Of a stretch of DNA of 64,000 nt, positions 38,074 through 46,683 are shown one piece after another. The stretch is taken from positions 96,001 to 160,000 of the forward strand of contig CAVVCZ010000006.1 of assembly GCA_963746845.1 (NCBI GenBank), read 5' to 3'. This stretch comes from an uncultured Chloroflexia bacterium (GTDB lineage: Bacteria > Chloroflexota > Limnocylindria > Limnocylindrales > CSP1-4). A program made the translations under genes and the position numbers. The notes beneath the pieces were generated by a model, which saw only the letters and a list, made by a program, of their open reading frames with translations, did no database searches and was not told the DNA's origin. The stretch's first letter is position 1. Every line of letters begins with the position of its first letter.

Positions 38074-38616
38074 TCAGGCATGGGCCAGGAGGAAGGCCGC
38101 GGCGCGGTCGAGGGCGTCGTTCAGGACGGGCTTCAGGGTGTGGCCGAGCCGCGGATAGGTGACCAGCTCCGCGTCCCGGAGGAGGACCACACGGGCGCGC
38201 AGGAGCTCGATCCGGGCGAACGGATCGGCCTCGCCGGAGAGCAGCAGGACCGGGCACGAGATCGACGGGAAGTGACTGGATCGTGTCTCGGCCTTCTCCG
38301 GATGCCCGGGCGGATGGAGCGGGTAGCTGAACAGGACGAGCGCCGCGTAGGACGTGTCGGGCAGGGCAGCGGCCAGACTCGCGACCCGGCCGCCGTACGA
38401 CTGGCCGCCCACGGCGATCGCGTCACCGTGCGCGTCCGGGGCCGTCGGACCGTCCGGGACGATCGCACGGAACGCCGGGACGGCGTCCTCGGCGAGCCTC
38501 ACCGGCAGGTCGATCGCCCGCGCGTCGACGCCACGGGCGACGAGCCCCAGGACGTGCCCGGCCATGCTGACCGCCGACCCGCTGGCACCGTGACCCACGT
38601 AGAATCGGAGCGTCAT
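38074..38616 (-). CDS. Alpha/beta hydrolase (KANL3/Tex30-like)
   Basis: HGASG, GGQSYGGR, SYPLHPPG, GEADPF, GHTL. Confidence 0.88.
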   Translation of the reverse strand: MTLRFYVGHGASGSAVSMAGHVLGLVARGVDARAIDLPVRLAEDAVPAFRAIVPDGPTAPDAHGDAIAVGGQSYGGRVASLAAALPDTSYAALVLFSYPLHPPGHPEKAETRSSHFPSISCPVLLLSGEADPFARIELLRARVVLLRDAELVTYPRLGHTLKPVLNDALDRAAAFLLAHA

Positions 38617-38753
38617 CGCGACAGGGTACGCGGCGGTCCCGTGCGCGGGCTCGCCTGACCCGATCGGATCGGCCGGCTGACCCCGTCGACCCATGGCCCG
38701 GTGCCTCCCCGCACCGGCAAGGTGGACCGGCTCGCAGAGGAACCTCGCTTCCG

Positions 38754-40166
38754 ATGGTGTCGTCCCGCGTCACCCAGCCCGGCCGCGGCTCCCGGCCGGC
38801 ACGCGCAGCCGGTTCGTCCGGCGCGGCCGCCAGGGTCGCGGCCGTCGTCGTCGTTGCGATCGTCGCGCTCGGGCTCCTCCCGGTGGCCGTCGCCGGTGCC
38901 GACCGCTGGCCGTCGCCGCCCGCACCGCCGATTGGCGTGGTCCGCCCGCCCCGACCCGAGATCACGCCCCAACCTCCGCCGCCTTCGACCACGATCACGT
39001 TCTTCGGCCGCGGCTACGGCCACGGGGTCGGGATGTCCCAGTACGGAGCGCGGGGCCGCGCGCTCGACGGCCAGCTCGCGCCCGCGATCCTCGCCCACTA
39101 CTACCCGAAGACGACGCTGGGCCAGCGGGACCCGGCGACGATCGTCCGCGTGCTGGTGCTGACCGGGTTCGCGGCCACACCCGCCAAACCGGCAACGATC
39201 ACCGGCCGCGGCGGCCCGTGGACGATCGACGGGATCGCGACGACGTTCCCGGCCGACGCGCGGCTCACCCTCGCCCCGACCGCCGTCGGCGCGTCGACGT
39301 GGACGCTCACGGTGCTGTCGTCGACCTCGAGCCTCCTCGCCACCGCGACCGTGAAGACCGCGGTCATCGTCCGCCCGGCGGCCCCGGTGAGCCTGCTCGA
39401 GCTGACCTCGACGGCGTCGACCGCGAACCTGTACCGCGGCTACCTCCGGGTCCGCCTGACGACCACGGCGATGGTCATCGACCACGTCGCGCTCGACCAG
39501 TACCTGCGTGGCGTCGTCCCCGCGGAGATGCCGTCGCGCTGGCCGGTCGAGGCGCTGAAGGCGCAGGCGATCGCCGCGCGCTCCTACGCCCTGTATCGGA
39601 GCCACCCGACCACCGGGACGTACGACCTGACCGACGACACGCGTTCGCAGGTCTACCGGGGCCGGCGGGCCGAGACGGCGGCGACGGACGCCGCGATCAG
39701 CGCGACCGCGGGGACCGTCGTCCTCAGCGGGTCGAGCCCGGCCAACGCGATGTACCACTCGGCGGACGGCGGCTGGACGGAGAACAACGAGAACGTCTTC
39801 GTCAGCTCGACCGGGGCGGTCGTTGCGGGCGCGGTGGCCTACCTGCGCGGGTCGAGCGATCGCAGGCCGGACGGGACCTCGTACGACGCCGCCTCGCCGT
39901 ATGCGACGTGGAAGACCGCGACGTACACGAACGCCGCTCTGTCGGCGATCCTCGCAAAGGATCCGCGGACGAACGTCGGGACCGTGACGGCCCTCGACCT
40001 GTCGCAGCGCGGCGTCTCCGGCCGCCTGATCCGGGTCGTGCTGACGGGGAGCCTCGGGTCCAAGACCGTGTCCGGCGACGTCTTCGTCGCGGCGTTCAAC
40101 GCGGGACGGCCGCCGTCCGATCCGAGGCTGCGCGGCACCCTCTTCGCGACCGCGCCGGTCCCCTGA
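38754..40166 (+). CDS. SpoIID/LytB domain cell-wall hydrolase
   Basis: GRGYGHGVGMSQYGA, YLRGVVPAEM, EALKAQAIAARSYA, SQVY; N-terminal TM. Confidence 0.92.
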   Translation: MVSSRVTQPGRGSRPARAAGSSGAAARVAAVVVVAIVALGLLPVAVAGADRWPSPPAPPIGVVRPPRPEITPQPPPPSTTITFFGRGYGHGVGMSQYGARGRALDGQLAPAILAHYYPKTTLGQRDPATIVRVLVLTGFAATPAKPATITGRGGPWTIDGIATTFPADARLTLAPTAVGASTWTLTVLSSTSSLLATATVKTAVIVRPAAPVSLLELTSTASTANLYRGYLRVRLTTTAMVIDHVALDQYLRGVVPAEMPSRWPVEALKAQAIAARSYALYRSHPTTGTYDLTDDTRSQVYRGRRAETAATDAAISATAGTVVLSGSSPANAMYHSADGGWTENNENVFVSSTGAVVAGAVAYLRGSSDRRPDGTSYDAASPYATWKTATYTNAALSAILAKDPRTNVGTVTALDLSQRGVSGRLIRVVLTGSLGSKTVSGDVFVAAFNAGRPPSDPRLRGTLFATAPVP

Positions 40167-40200
40167 GCGCCGGCGGGCCCGGGCCGGGTATCGTCGGTCC

Positions 40201-40806
40201 GTGACCGACCCCGGCTTCGACCCCGATCTCCCGCGCTGCCGCTGGGCCGGCGCGTCGGGTCCGAACCCGGATCCGCTCATGGTCCGGTATCACGACGAGG
40301 AGTGGGGCACACCCTGCCACGACGACATCGAGCTGTTCGAGCGGCTCGCCCTCGAGTCGTTCCAGGCCGGTCTGTCGTGGTCGACGATCCTCCGCAAGCG
40401 CGAGGGGTTCCGGGCCGCCTTCCGGGGCTTCGATCCCGTCGTCGTCGCGGCCTTCGGGCCGGGCGATGTCGAGCGGCTGATGGCCGACGCCGCCATCGTC
40501 CGGAACCGGGCGAAGATCGACGCGACGATCGGCAATGCCGGGGCCTGGCTCGCGATCGCGGCCGAGCAGGAATCCGGCGATACGTACCTCGCGCGGATGG
40601 TCCCGCCTCCGCCCGGGCGCCTGGGCCGCGACGCCATCGCCGGCGGCATCCCGGATCGGACCCCCGTCAGCGATGCGCTGTCGAAGGACCTCAAGAGGCG
40701 GGGGTTCCGGTTCGTCGGATCGACGATCGTGTATGCGTTCATGCAGAGCGTCGGGCTCGTCGACGACCATGTTCCCGGCTGCTTCCGGTACGTCGATTCG
40801 CCGTGA
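40201..40806 (+). CDS. tag: DNA-3-methyladenine glycosylase I
   Basis: RCRWA..YHDEEWG, LESFQAGLSW, IVRNRAKI, GFRFVG..MQSVGLVDDH...C. Confidence 0.96.
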   Translation: MTDPGFDPDLPRCRWAGASGPNPDPLMVRYHDEEWGTPCHDDIELFERLALESFQAGLSWSTILRKREGFRAAFRGFDPVVVAAFGPGDVERLMADAAIVRNRAKIDATIGNAGAWLAIAAEQESGDTYLARMVPPPPGRLGRDAIAGGIPDRTPVSDALSKDLKRRGFRFVGSTIVYAFMQSVGLVDDHVPGCFRYVDSP

Positions 40807-40837
40807 CACGCTAGGTGTCACAGCGCAGGCCCAATCT
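40803..40837 (+). promoter_or_regulatory. Palindrome plus -10 of the leaderless micro-ORF promoter
   Basis: GTGACAC-N5-GTGTCAC at 40803-40821, then N10, CAATCT, 7 nt, ATG. Confidence 0.55.
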
Positions 40838-40844
40838 CCTGCCC

Positions 40845-40982
40845 ATGATCACGATCGAATGCGCCTGGTGTGACACGGAGCTGGCCCTCGAGAGCCTGGA
40901 CGCCACGAGCGTCGAGTGCCCGGAGTGCCTCGTCACGGTCGAGCTCGCCCCGGATCCCGAGCCGCTCGCGCTGGCCGCCTGA
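40845..40982 (+). CDS. 45-aa zinc-ribbon microprotein, absent from the ORF track
   Basis: MITIECAWCDTELALESLDATSVECPECLVTVELAPDPEPLALAA; two CxxC; GC3-rich codons. Confidence 0.8.
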   Translation: MITIECAWCDTELALESLDATSVECPECLVTVELAPDPEPLALAA

Positions 40983-41078
40983 ACTCCACCCGCCCCGCGC
41001 TTCCGGTCGTCCGGGCGCGCGCCCAGTTGCGATACTGGGCCGGGCGGTCGAGGCGCGACCGTGGGAGCGGAGGATGGG

Positions 41079-41738
41079 ATGGACGCACGCAAGTACCTCG
41101 CCGAGCTGATCGGGACCTTCATCCTGGTCGTCGTCGGTTCGATGTCGATCGTCGGCGCCGGGCTGGTGACGCCGCCGGCCCCGGTCCTCCTGGTCGCGCC
41201 CTTCGGGTTCGGGCTCGCCCTGCTCGCCGCCATCCAGGTGTCGGGCCACGTGTCGGGCGGACACTTCAACCCGGCGGTGACCCTCGGAGCGTTCCTCGAC
41301 AAGCGGATCGATCCGATGAACGCGCTCGGCTACGTCGTCGCCCAGGCGATCGGCGCGATCGCGGCGTCGGGCGTGATCCTGCTCCTGGCCGGACAACCCG
41401 CAGTCGTCAGCACGGCTAGCGCGTTTCCGGAAGGCAAGGCGATCGAGGCGCTGGTCGTCGAGGGGCTGCTGACCGCGATCTTCGTGATGGTGATCCTGAC
41501 GGTGACCAAACGCTCGCCGAACCAGGCCGCGTTCGCGATCCCGTTGACGCTCGTCGTCATTCACTTCGCCGGGATCCCGTTCAGTGGCGCGTCAGTGAAC
41601 CCGGTTCGATCGCTCGCCCCGGCTCTGGTCGGCGGGACCCTGGATGTGAACATCCTTGTCTGGATCGTCGGCCCGCTCGTCGGCGCGGCGATCGGCTGGG
41701 GGTTGTACCGCGCGCTGGAGGACGGCTCGACCCGCTGA
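41079..41738 (+). CDS. MIP/aquaporin family channel
   Basis: AELIGTF, SGGHFNPAVT, GASVNPVRS, WIVGPLVGA; GGAGG RBS. Confidence 0.94.
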   Translation: MDARKYLAELIGTFILVVVGSMSIVGAGLVTPPAPVLLVAPFGFGLALLAAIQVSGHVSGGHFNPAVTLGAFLDKRIDPMNALGYVVAQAIGAIAASGVILLLAGQPAVVSTASAFPEGKAIEALVVEGLLTAIFVMVILTVTKRSPNQAAFAIPLTLVVIHFAGIPFSGASVNPVRSLAPALVGGTLDVNILVWIVGPLVGAAIGWGLYRALEDGSTR

Positions 41739-41769
41739 TCGCGGACCGCATCACAAGCCGCCTGGGTCG

Positions 41770-42330
41770 TCAGCGATCCGGGTGGCTGAACCGCCGGGCG
41801 TTGCCCATCGCGGGCCACGCCCGGGACTGCGCGTTCGCCAGCAGCTGGCGGATGTGGTTCCGGTCGTGGAAGACCCACTCGTGCATCAGGTTCTCGATCG
41901 TGACGCGTCCGACCGCGCTGTGGATCGCGAACCGCTCCAGGTCCTCCGCCCGCAGCCCCTCCACGACGGCGATGCCGGCGTCGCGCCCGGCGACGAACTC
42001 CTCGAGGATCGCCGCGACCGACCGCTCCCGGTCGCGGCGTGAGGCGGCGACCTCCAGCTGGTTCCAGCCCTGCTCGGCGACGCCGTCCTCGGCGAGGATC
42101 CGCCGGATCCGCCCGCCGAACCCGCGCCGGTCCGCCTCGATCAGGTGGCCGACGCATTCGTTGGCGGACCATTCGTCCGGCGTCGGACGCCACCGGGCGA
42201 TCGCATCGCCCATCACCGTGAGCTCGGAGACGACATGATCGCGCGCCGCCCGCAGGAACCTCGCGACCTCGAGCGGCGTGAGGGGTGCGAGGCCGTCGGT
42301 CGCGGTGACGTCGGCCGGGTCGAAGCCCAT
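41770..42330 (-). CDS. DinB/YfiT family protein
   Basis: EWSANECVGHL...HDRNHIRQL three-His pattern. Confidence 0.88.
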   Translation of the reverse strand: MGFDPADVTATDGLAPLTPLEVARFLRAARDHVVSELTVMGDAIARWRPTPDEWSANECVGHLIEADRRGFGGRIRRILAEDGVAEQGWNQLEVAASRRDRERSVAAILEEFVAGRDAGIAVVEGLRAEDLERFAIHSAVGRVTIENLMHEWVFHDRNHIRQLLANAQSRAWPAMGNARRFSHPDR

Positions 42331-43421
42331 CAGGTCGTGTCCTCCCTCGAGACCACCGGGGGGAGCACCGGCAGGGACTTGCCGCCCTCGACGAGCCAGC
42401 ACGCGGCCTTCTGATCGGGGCCCACGTCGAACAGCGGCGGCTCCTCCACGCGACATCGGTCGAAGGCGTACGGGCAGCGCGGATGGAACCGGCAGCCGGT
42501 CGGGATGTGGACGGCATCCGGCGTCTCCCCGACGAGGATCGTCCGCCGGGCGCGCTCACCCCGGCTCGGCGGATCCGGCGAGGGCGACACGGAGACCAGG
42601 GCCTGGGTGTACGGGTTGTGGGGCGCCCGGATGACCGCCTCGGCCGGCCCGATCTCCATGATCTTGCCGAGGTACATCACCGCGATCCGGTCCGAGATGA
42701 CCCACGCCAGCGACAGATCGTGGGTGATGAAGAGATACGTCAGCCCGAGCTCCCGGCGCAGGTCGAGCATCAGCCGGAGGAGCTCCGTGCGGATCGAGAC
42801 GTCCAGCATCGAGACCGGCTCGTCGGCGACGATCAGCTCCGGCCGCATCACGAGCGCACCGGCGATGACGACCCGCTGGCGCTGGCCGCCGGACAGCTCG
42901 TGCGGGAAGCGATACGCGAAGTCGGCGGCGGGCCGCAGGCCCGACGCCTCCATCGCACCGAACGCCCGCGTGACCCGGTCTTCATGGTCGGTGCCGATGT
43001 CGTTGACCTCGAGCGGCTCCATGACGAAGTCGAGGATCTGCTGCTTGGGGTTCAGCGTCTCGTACGGGTCCTGGAAGATCAGCTGGACCCGCCGCCGATA
43101 CGCCCGGAGCGCCTTCGTCCCCCACAGGTCCGAGACGTCGGCTCCGTCGAAGACGAGCCGCCCCCCGGTGTGCCGGGTCAGCTTCACGATCACCCGCCCG
43201 GTCGTCGTCTTGCCGCTCCCGGACTCCCCGACCAGCGCGAGCACCTCGCCCCGGCGCAGCTCCAGGTCGATCCCGTCGACGGCCCGGACCCACGCCTTCG
43301 GGACACCCGAGAACGAGTCGAGGAAGCCGGTCCGGATCGCGAAGTGGACCTTCACGTTCTCGAGCCGGTAGAGGACGTCGGCGTCGGCCGCGTCGCGTGC
43401 GGTCACGTCGGTGTCGGTCAT
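42330..43421 (-). CDS. Oligopeptide/dipeptide ABC ATP-binding protein (OppF-like)
   Basis: GESGSGKTT, ELSGGQRQR, ADEPVSMLD, C-terminal GCRFHPRC. Confidence 0.95.
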   Translation of the reverse strand: MTDTDVTARDAADADVLYRLENVKVHFAIRTGFLDSFSGVPKAWVRAVDGIDLELRRGEVLALVGESGSGKTTTGRVIVKLTRHTGGRLVFDGADVSDLWGTKALRAYRRRVQLIFQDPYETLNPKQQILDFVMEPLEVNDIGTDHEDRVTRAFGAMEASGLRPAADFAYRFPHELSGGQRQRVVIAGALVMRPELIVADEPVSMLDVSIRTELLRLMLDLRRELGLTYLFITHDLSLAWVISDRIAVMYLGKIMEIGPAEAVIRAPHNPYTQALVSVSPSPDPPSRGERARRTILVGETPDAVHIPTGCRFHPRCPYAFDRCRVEEPPLFDVGPDQKAACWLVEGGKSLPVLPPVVSREDTT

Positions 43422-44662
43422 GACGACGTGTCCCGGTACGGCGGGTCGATGAGCTCCTGCTGGTGGCCCGGCAGCATGTCGGTCAACCGTTGCTCGACGT
43501 GGTCGACCGCCCCGATCGGCGCCTCCTCGAGCGGCGCCTCGATGATCGGCTCACCCTCGGTCAACGCGTCGATCGTCGGCTGACGGATCGGCTCACCGGT
43601 CGAGCCCTCCGGGTACAGGTGGCAGGCAACCCGGACGCCGGCGAACACGGTCTCGGGCGGCACGACCTCCGAGCAGATCGCCATCGCCATCGCGCATCGC
43701 GGCGCGAACCGGCAGCCGGGCGGCGGCCTGCGCAGGTCCGGCGGCGACCCGGGGATGACGTCGAGCGTCCGGCGATCCGTCCGGATGTTCGGGAACGACG
43801 CGAGGAGCTTCTGGGTGTAGGGGTGCCGTGGCCGGACGAAGATCTCGGAGACCGGACCTTCCTCGGCGACCCGGCCCGCGTACATGATCAGGGCCCGGTC
43901 GCAGGTCTCGGCGATCACCGACAGGTCGTGGGTGATCAGGATCAGCGACAGTCCGAGCTTGTGCCGGAGGTCCTCGAGCAGCTCGAGGATCTGGGCCTGG
44001 ACCATGACGTCCAGCGCGGTGGTCGGCTCGTCGCCGATCACGACCGCCGGGTCGCAGGCCAGCGCCATCGCGATCATCGCCCGCTGGCGCATCCCGCCGG
44101 ACAGCTCGTGCGGATAGGCGCTGGCCCGCTTCTTCGGGATGCCGACCAGCTCGAGCAGCTCGCCCGCGCGCTTCCGGGCGGCCTTCTCGCTCACGCCGAG
44201 CCGCTCGGTCAGCGGCTCCACGAGCTGGTCGCCAAGACGCTGGACCGGGTTCAGCGCGTTCATCGCCCCCTGGAACACGATCGAGATCTCACGCCAGCGG
44301 TACCGGCGCATCGCATTCGCGTTCTTCGTGACCAGGTCGATCCCGAAGTACCGAACGGAGCCCCCGACGACGCTCGCGTTGGCGGGCAGCAGCCGGACGA
44401 GCGAGAGCGCCGTCGTCGTCTTGCCGCAGCCGGACTCGCCGGCGATCCCCAGCGCCTCGCCCTGCTCGAGGCGGAAGCTGACCCCGTCCACGGCGTGGAC
44501 CGTGGCGCCGTCCAGGCTGAAGTGGGTCTGCAGGTCCTCGACGACGAGCAGCGGCTGACTCGGGTCGGCCTGGCGCGGGAGGACCCGGCCGCGGGCGTCG
44601 CGCGGCAGCGCCGGGTCGGCGGATGGGGTCTCCGGTCCGGGTTCCGCGGATGGCGTCGTCAT
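43418..44662 (-). CDS. Oligopeptide/dipeptide ABC ATP-binding protein (OppD-like)
   Basis: [34 protein letters not shown]. Confidence 0.95.
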   Translation of the reverse strand: MTTPSAEPGPETPSADPALPRDARGRVLPRQADPSQPLLVVEDLQTHFSLDGATVHAVDGVSFRLEQGEALGIAGESGCGKTTTALSLVRLLPANASVVGGSVRYFGIDLVTKNANAMRRYRWREISIVFQGAMNALNPVQRLGDQLVEPLTERLGVSEKAARKRAGELLELVGIPKKRASAYPHELSGGMRQRAMIAMALACDPAVVIGDEPTTALDVMVQAQILELLEDLRHKLGLSLILITHDLSVIAETCDRALIMYAGRVAEEGPVSEIFVRPRHPYTQKLLASFPNIRTDRRTLDVIPGSPPDLRRPPPGCRFAPRCAMAMAICSEVVPPETVFAGVRVACHLYPEGSTGEPIRQPTIDALTEGEPIIEAPLEEAPIGAVDHVEQRLTDMLPGHQQELIDPPYRDTSS

Positions 44663-45603
44663 CACCGGCCCCGGCGCTTCGGGTTCAGCAGGTCGTCGAG
44701 GGCGCTCCCCACCAGGGTGAAGGACAGAACGACGAGGACGATCCCGATGCCGGGCGGCATGAAGTACCACCAGGCGCCGAGCCCCGGCGCCCCCGCGGCC
44801 CGGGCGGACTCGAGGATCTGGCCCCACGACGGCTGGAACGGGTCGCCGAGCCCGACGAACGAGAGGGTGGTCTCGATCAGCACCGCGCCGGCGAAGGTGA
44901 GCACGGCGTTGGCGACGATCAGATTGATCGTGTTCGGCAGGATGTGGCGCCACATGATGTGCCGGCTGCCCGCCCCGATGACGCGGGCGCGATCGACGAA
45001 CGAGCGCTCCTTCAACGACAGCGTCTGCGACCGGATGATCCGGGCCGTCGACGACCAGCTGGTGATCCCGATGACGATGACGATGACGATCAGCGTCGTC
45101 CGGATCCCGAAGATCTCCGTCGTCGCCGACCCCACGAGGTCCCGGATGATCGGCGTCAGGATCAGGGCGAGGACGAACGTCGGCAGGACGAGGAAGAAGT
45201 CCGTGAACCGCATGAGGACGGAGTCGGACCAGCCGCCGAGGAACCCGGACACGACGCCGATGACCGCCCCGAGCGCGACCGTGACCGCCGTCGCGAGGAG
45301 CCCGAGGACCATCGACACGCGCGCCCCGTGGACCGTGAGGTTGAGCATGTCCCGCCCGAGCTCGTCCGTCCCCAGCCAGTGCGCGCTCGACGGCGGCTCG
45401 AGGCGGCCACCCGTCGCGGTGACGGCCGTCTGGAGCGGACCCACGAGGATCTGGGGGATCGCGGCCATGACGACGAAGACGAGCAGGATCAGGAGCCCGA
45501 TCAGGCCCTCCGGTCGCTTGAGCAGGCGTGCGAACAGGCTCCCGACCGAGGTGACCGACCGGAATCGACGGGCGCCCGGGCGCTGGATCGCCGTCGTCGT
45601 CAC
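44662..45603 (-). CDS. Oligopeptide ABC permease (OppC-like)
   Basis: HWLGTDELGRD, RHILPN, LSFVGLG, PSWG. Confidence 0.94.
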   Translation of the reverse strand: MTTTAIQRPGARRFRSVTSVGSLFARLLKRPEGLIGLLILLVFVVMAAIPQILVGPLQTAVTATGGRLEPPSSAHWLGTDELGRDMLNLTVHGARVSMVLGLLATAVTVALGAVIGVVSGFLGGWSDSVLMRFTDFFLVLPTFVLALILTPIIRDLVGSATTEIFGIRTTLIVIVIVIGITSWSSTARIIRSQTLSLKERSFVDRARVIGAGSRHIMWRHILPNTINLIVANAVLTFAGAVLIETTLSFVGLGDPFQPSWGQILESARAAGAPGLGAWWYFMPPGIGIVLVVLSFTLVGSALDDLLNPKRRGR

Positions 45604-46577
45604 GTCTTCACCCGCGGGTCCAGGAATCCGTAGATGAGGTCGGCGGCGAGGTTGGCGAGGACCACCGACACGCTGAGCAGCAGGAAGACTCCCTGGAGCA
45701 CCGGGTAGTCGCGGGCCTCGAGGGCTTCGACCGAGAGCGTCCCGAGCCCCGGCCAGCTGAACACGACCTCGACGGTGATCGCCCCCGCGACGACGAAGCC
45801 GAGGTTGATCGCGATCAGCGACACGGTCGGCAGGAGCGCGTTCGGCAGGGCGTGCCGCCGGAGGACTCGCCGCTCCGACAGGCCCATCGCCCGCGCGGTC
45901 GTGACGTAGTCCTCCGACAACGTCTCGACAATCGACGAGCGCATGACGATCGAGTACTGGCCGACCAGGCCGAGCGCGACCGTCAGCAGCGGGAGGACGA
46001 GGTGGGAGCCGAAGTCCGCGAGCTGCTCGAGGAAGTTGTCGTACTGGGCGCCGGCGGTGAGCATCCCGTAGGTCGGGAACCAGTGGAGGGTCGTGGCGAA
46101 GATCAGGAGGAACGCCATCCCGAGGAGGAAGTACGGGGTCGAGTAGAGAACGAGCGAGATGCTGTTGCCGATGTAGTCGACCGGGCCGCCGCGTTTCCAG
46201 CCCGAGTACGCGCCCAGGGTGAGACCGATGACGATCGCGATGACCTCGCCCAGACCGAACAGGATGATCGTCGGCCAGATCCGCTGGGACAGCACCTCGC
46301 CCACGGTCTGGCCGCGGGCGACGAACGAGAAGCCGAGATCGCCCCGGGCCGTCGCCGAGAGGTAGGCGACGAACTGGTCCGGAAAGAGCGGCTTGTCGAG
46401 GCCCCACCGCTCACGCGTCTGCTGGAGGATCTGCGCGGTCACGTTCGGCGTGTGACCGAGGATCACCCGCTCCGGCGATCCGGGCATCGCCCGGAACAGC
46501 AGGAAGTTGATCAGCGTGATCAGGATGATCGTCACGAACGCCGACGCCAGACGCCGGACGAGGTAGCGCAGGCTCAT
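45600..46577 (-). CDS. Oligopeptide ABC permease (OppB-like)
   Basis: EDYVTTARAMGL, HALPNA, EVVFSWPGLG, RDYPV. Confidence 0.95.
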   Translation of the reverse strand: MSLRYLVRRLASAFVTIILITLINFLLFRAMPGSPERVILGHTPNVTAQILQQTRERWGLDKPLFPDQFVAYLSATARGDLGFSFVARGQTVGEVLSQRIWPTIILFGLGEVIAIVIGLTLGAYSGWKRGGPVDYIGNSISLVLYSTPYFLLGMAFLLIFATTLHWFPTYGMLTAGAQYDNFLEQLADFGSHLVLPLLTVALGLVGQYSIVMRSSIVETLSEDYVTTARAMGLSERRVLRRHALPNALLPTVSLIAINLGFVVAGAITVEVVFSWPGLGTLSVEALEARDYPVLQGVFLLLSVSVVLANLAADLIYGFLDPRVKT

Positions 46578-46613
46578 CGGCGCCCCCGGCCGTCACCCGG
46601 ATCGCGTCGCATC

Positions 46614-46637
46614 GGGGGGCGACGGTGGTCGCCCCCC
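46614..46637. other. Intercistronic stem-loop between the oppA-like and oppB-like genes
   Basis: GGGGGGCGAC-GGTG-GTCGCCCCCC; typical position for stabilising the binding-protein mRNA. Confidence 0.6.
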
Positions 46638-46683
46638 GACCCAGACCGGTCGCCGGTGCCGAAGGGCACGCGACGGGCCGGGC

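Noticed and set aside
40845-41040. Possible tmRNA, suggested by the LALAA-stop
   Set aside because: There are no tRNA-like 5'/3' ends or T-loop. The frame has its own ATG and two CxxC motifs, so it looks like a normal protein.
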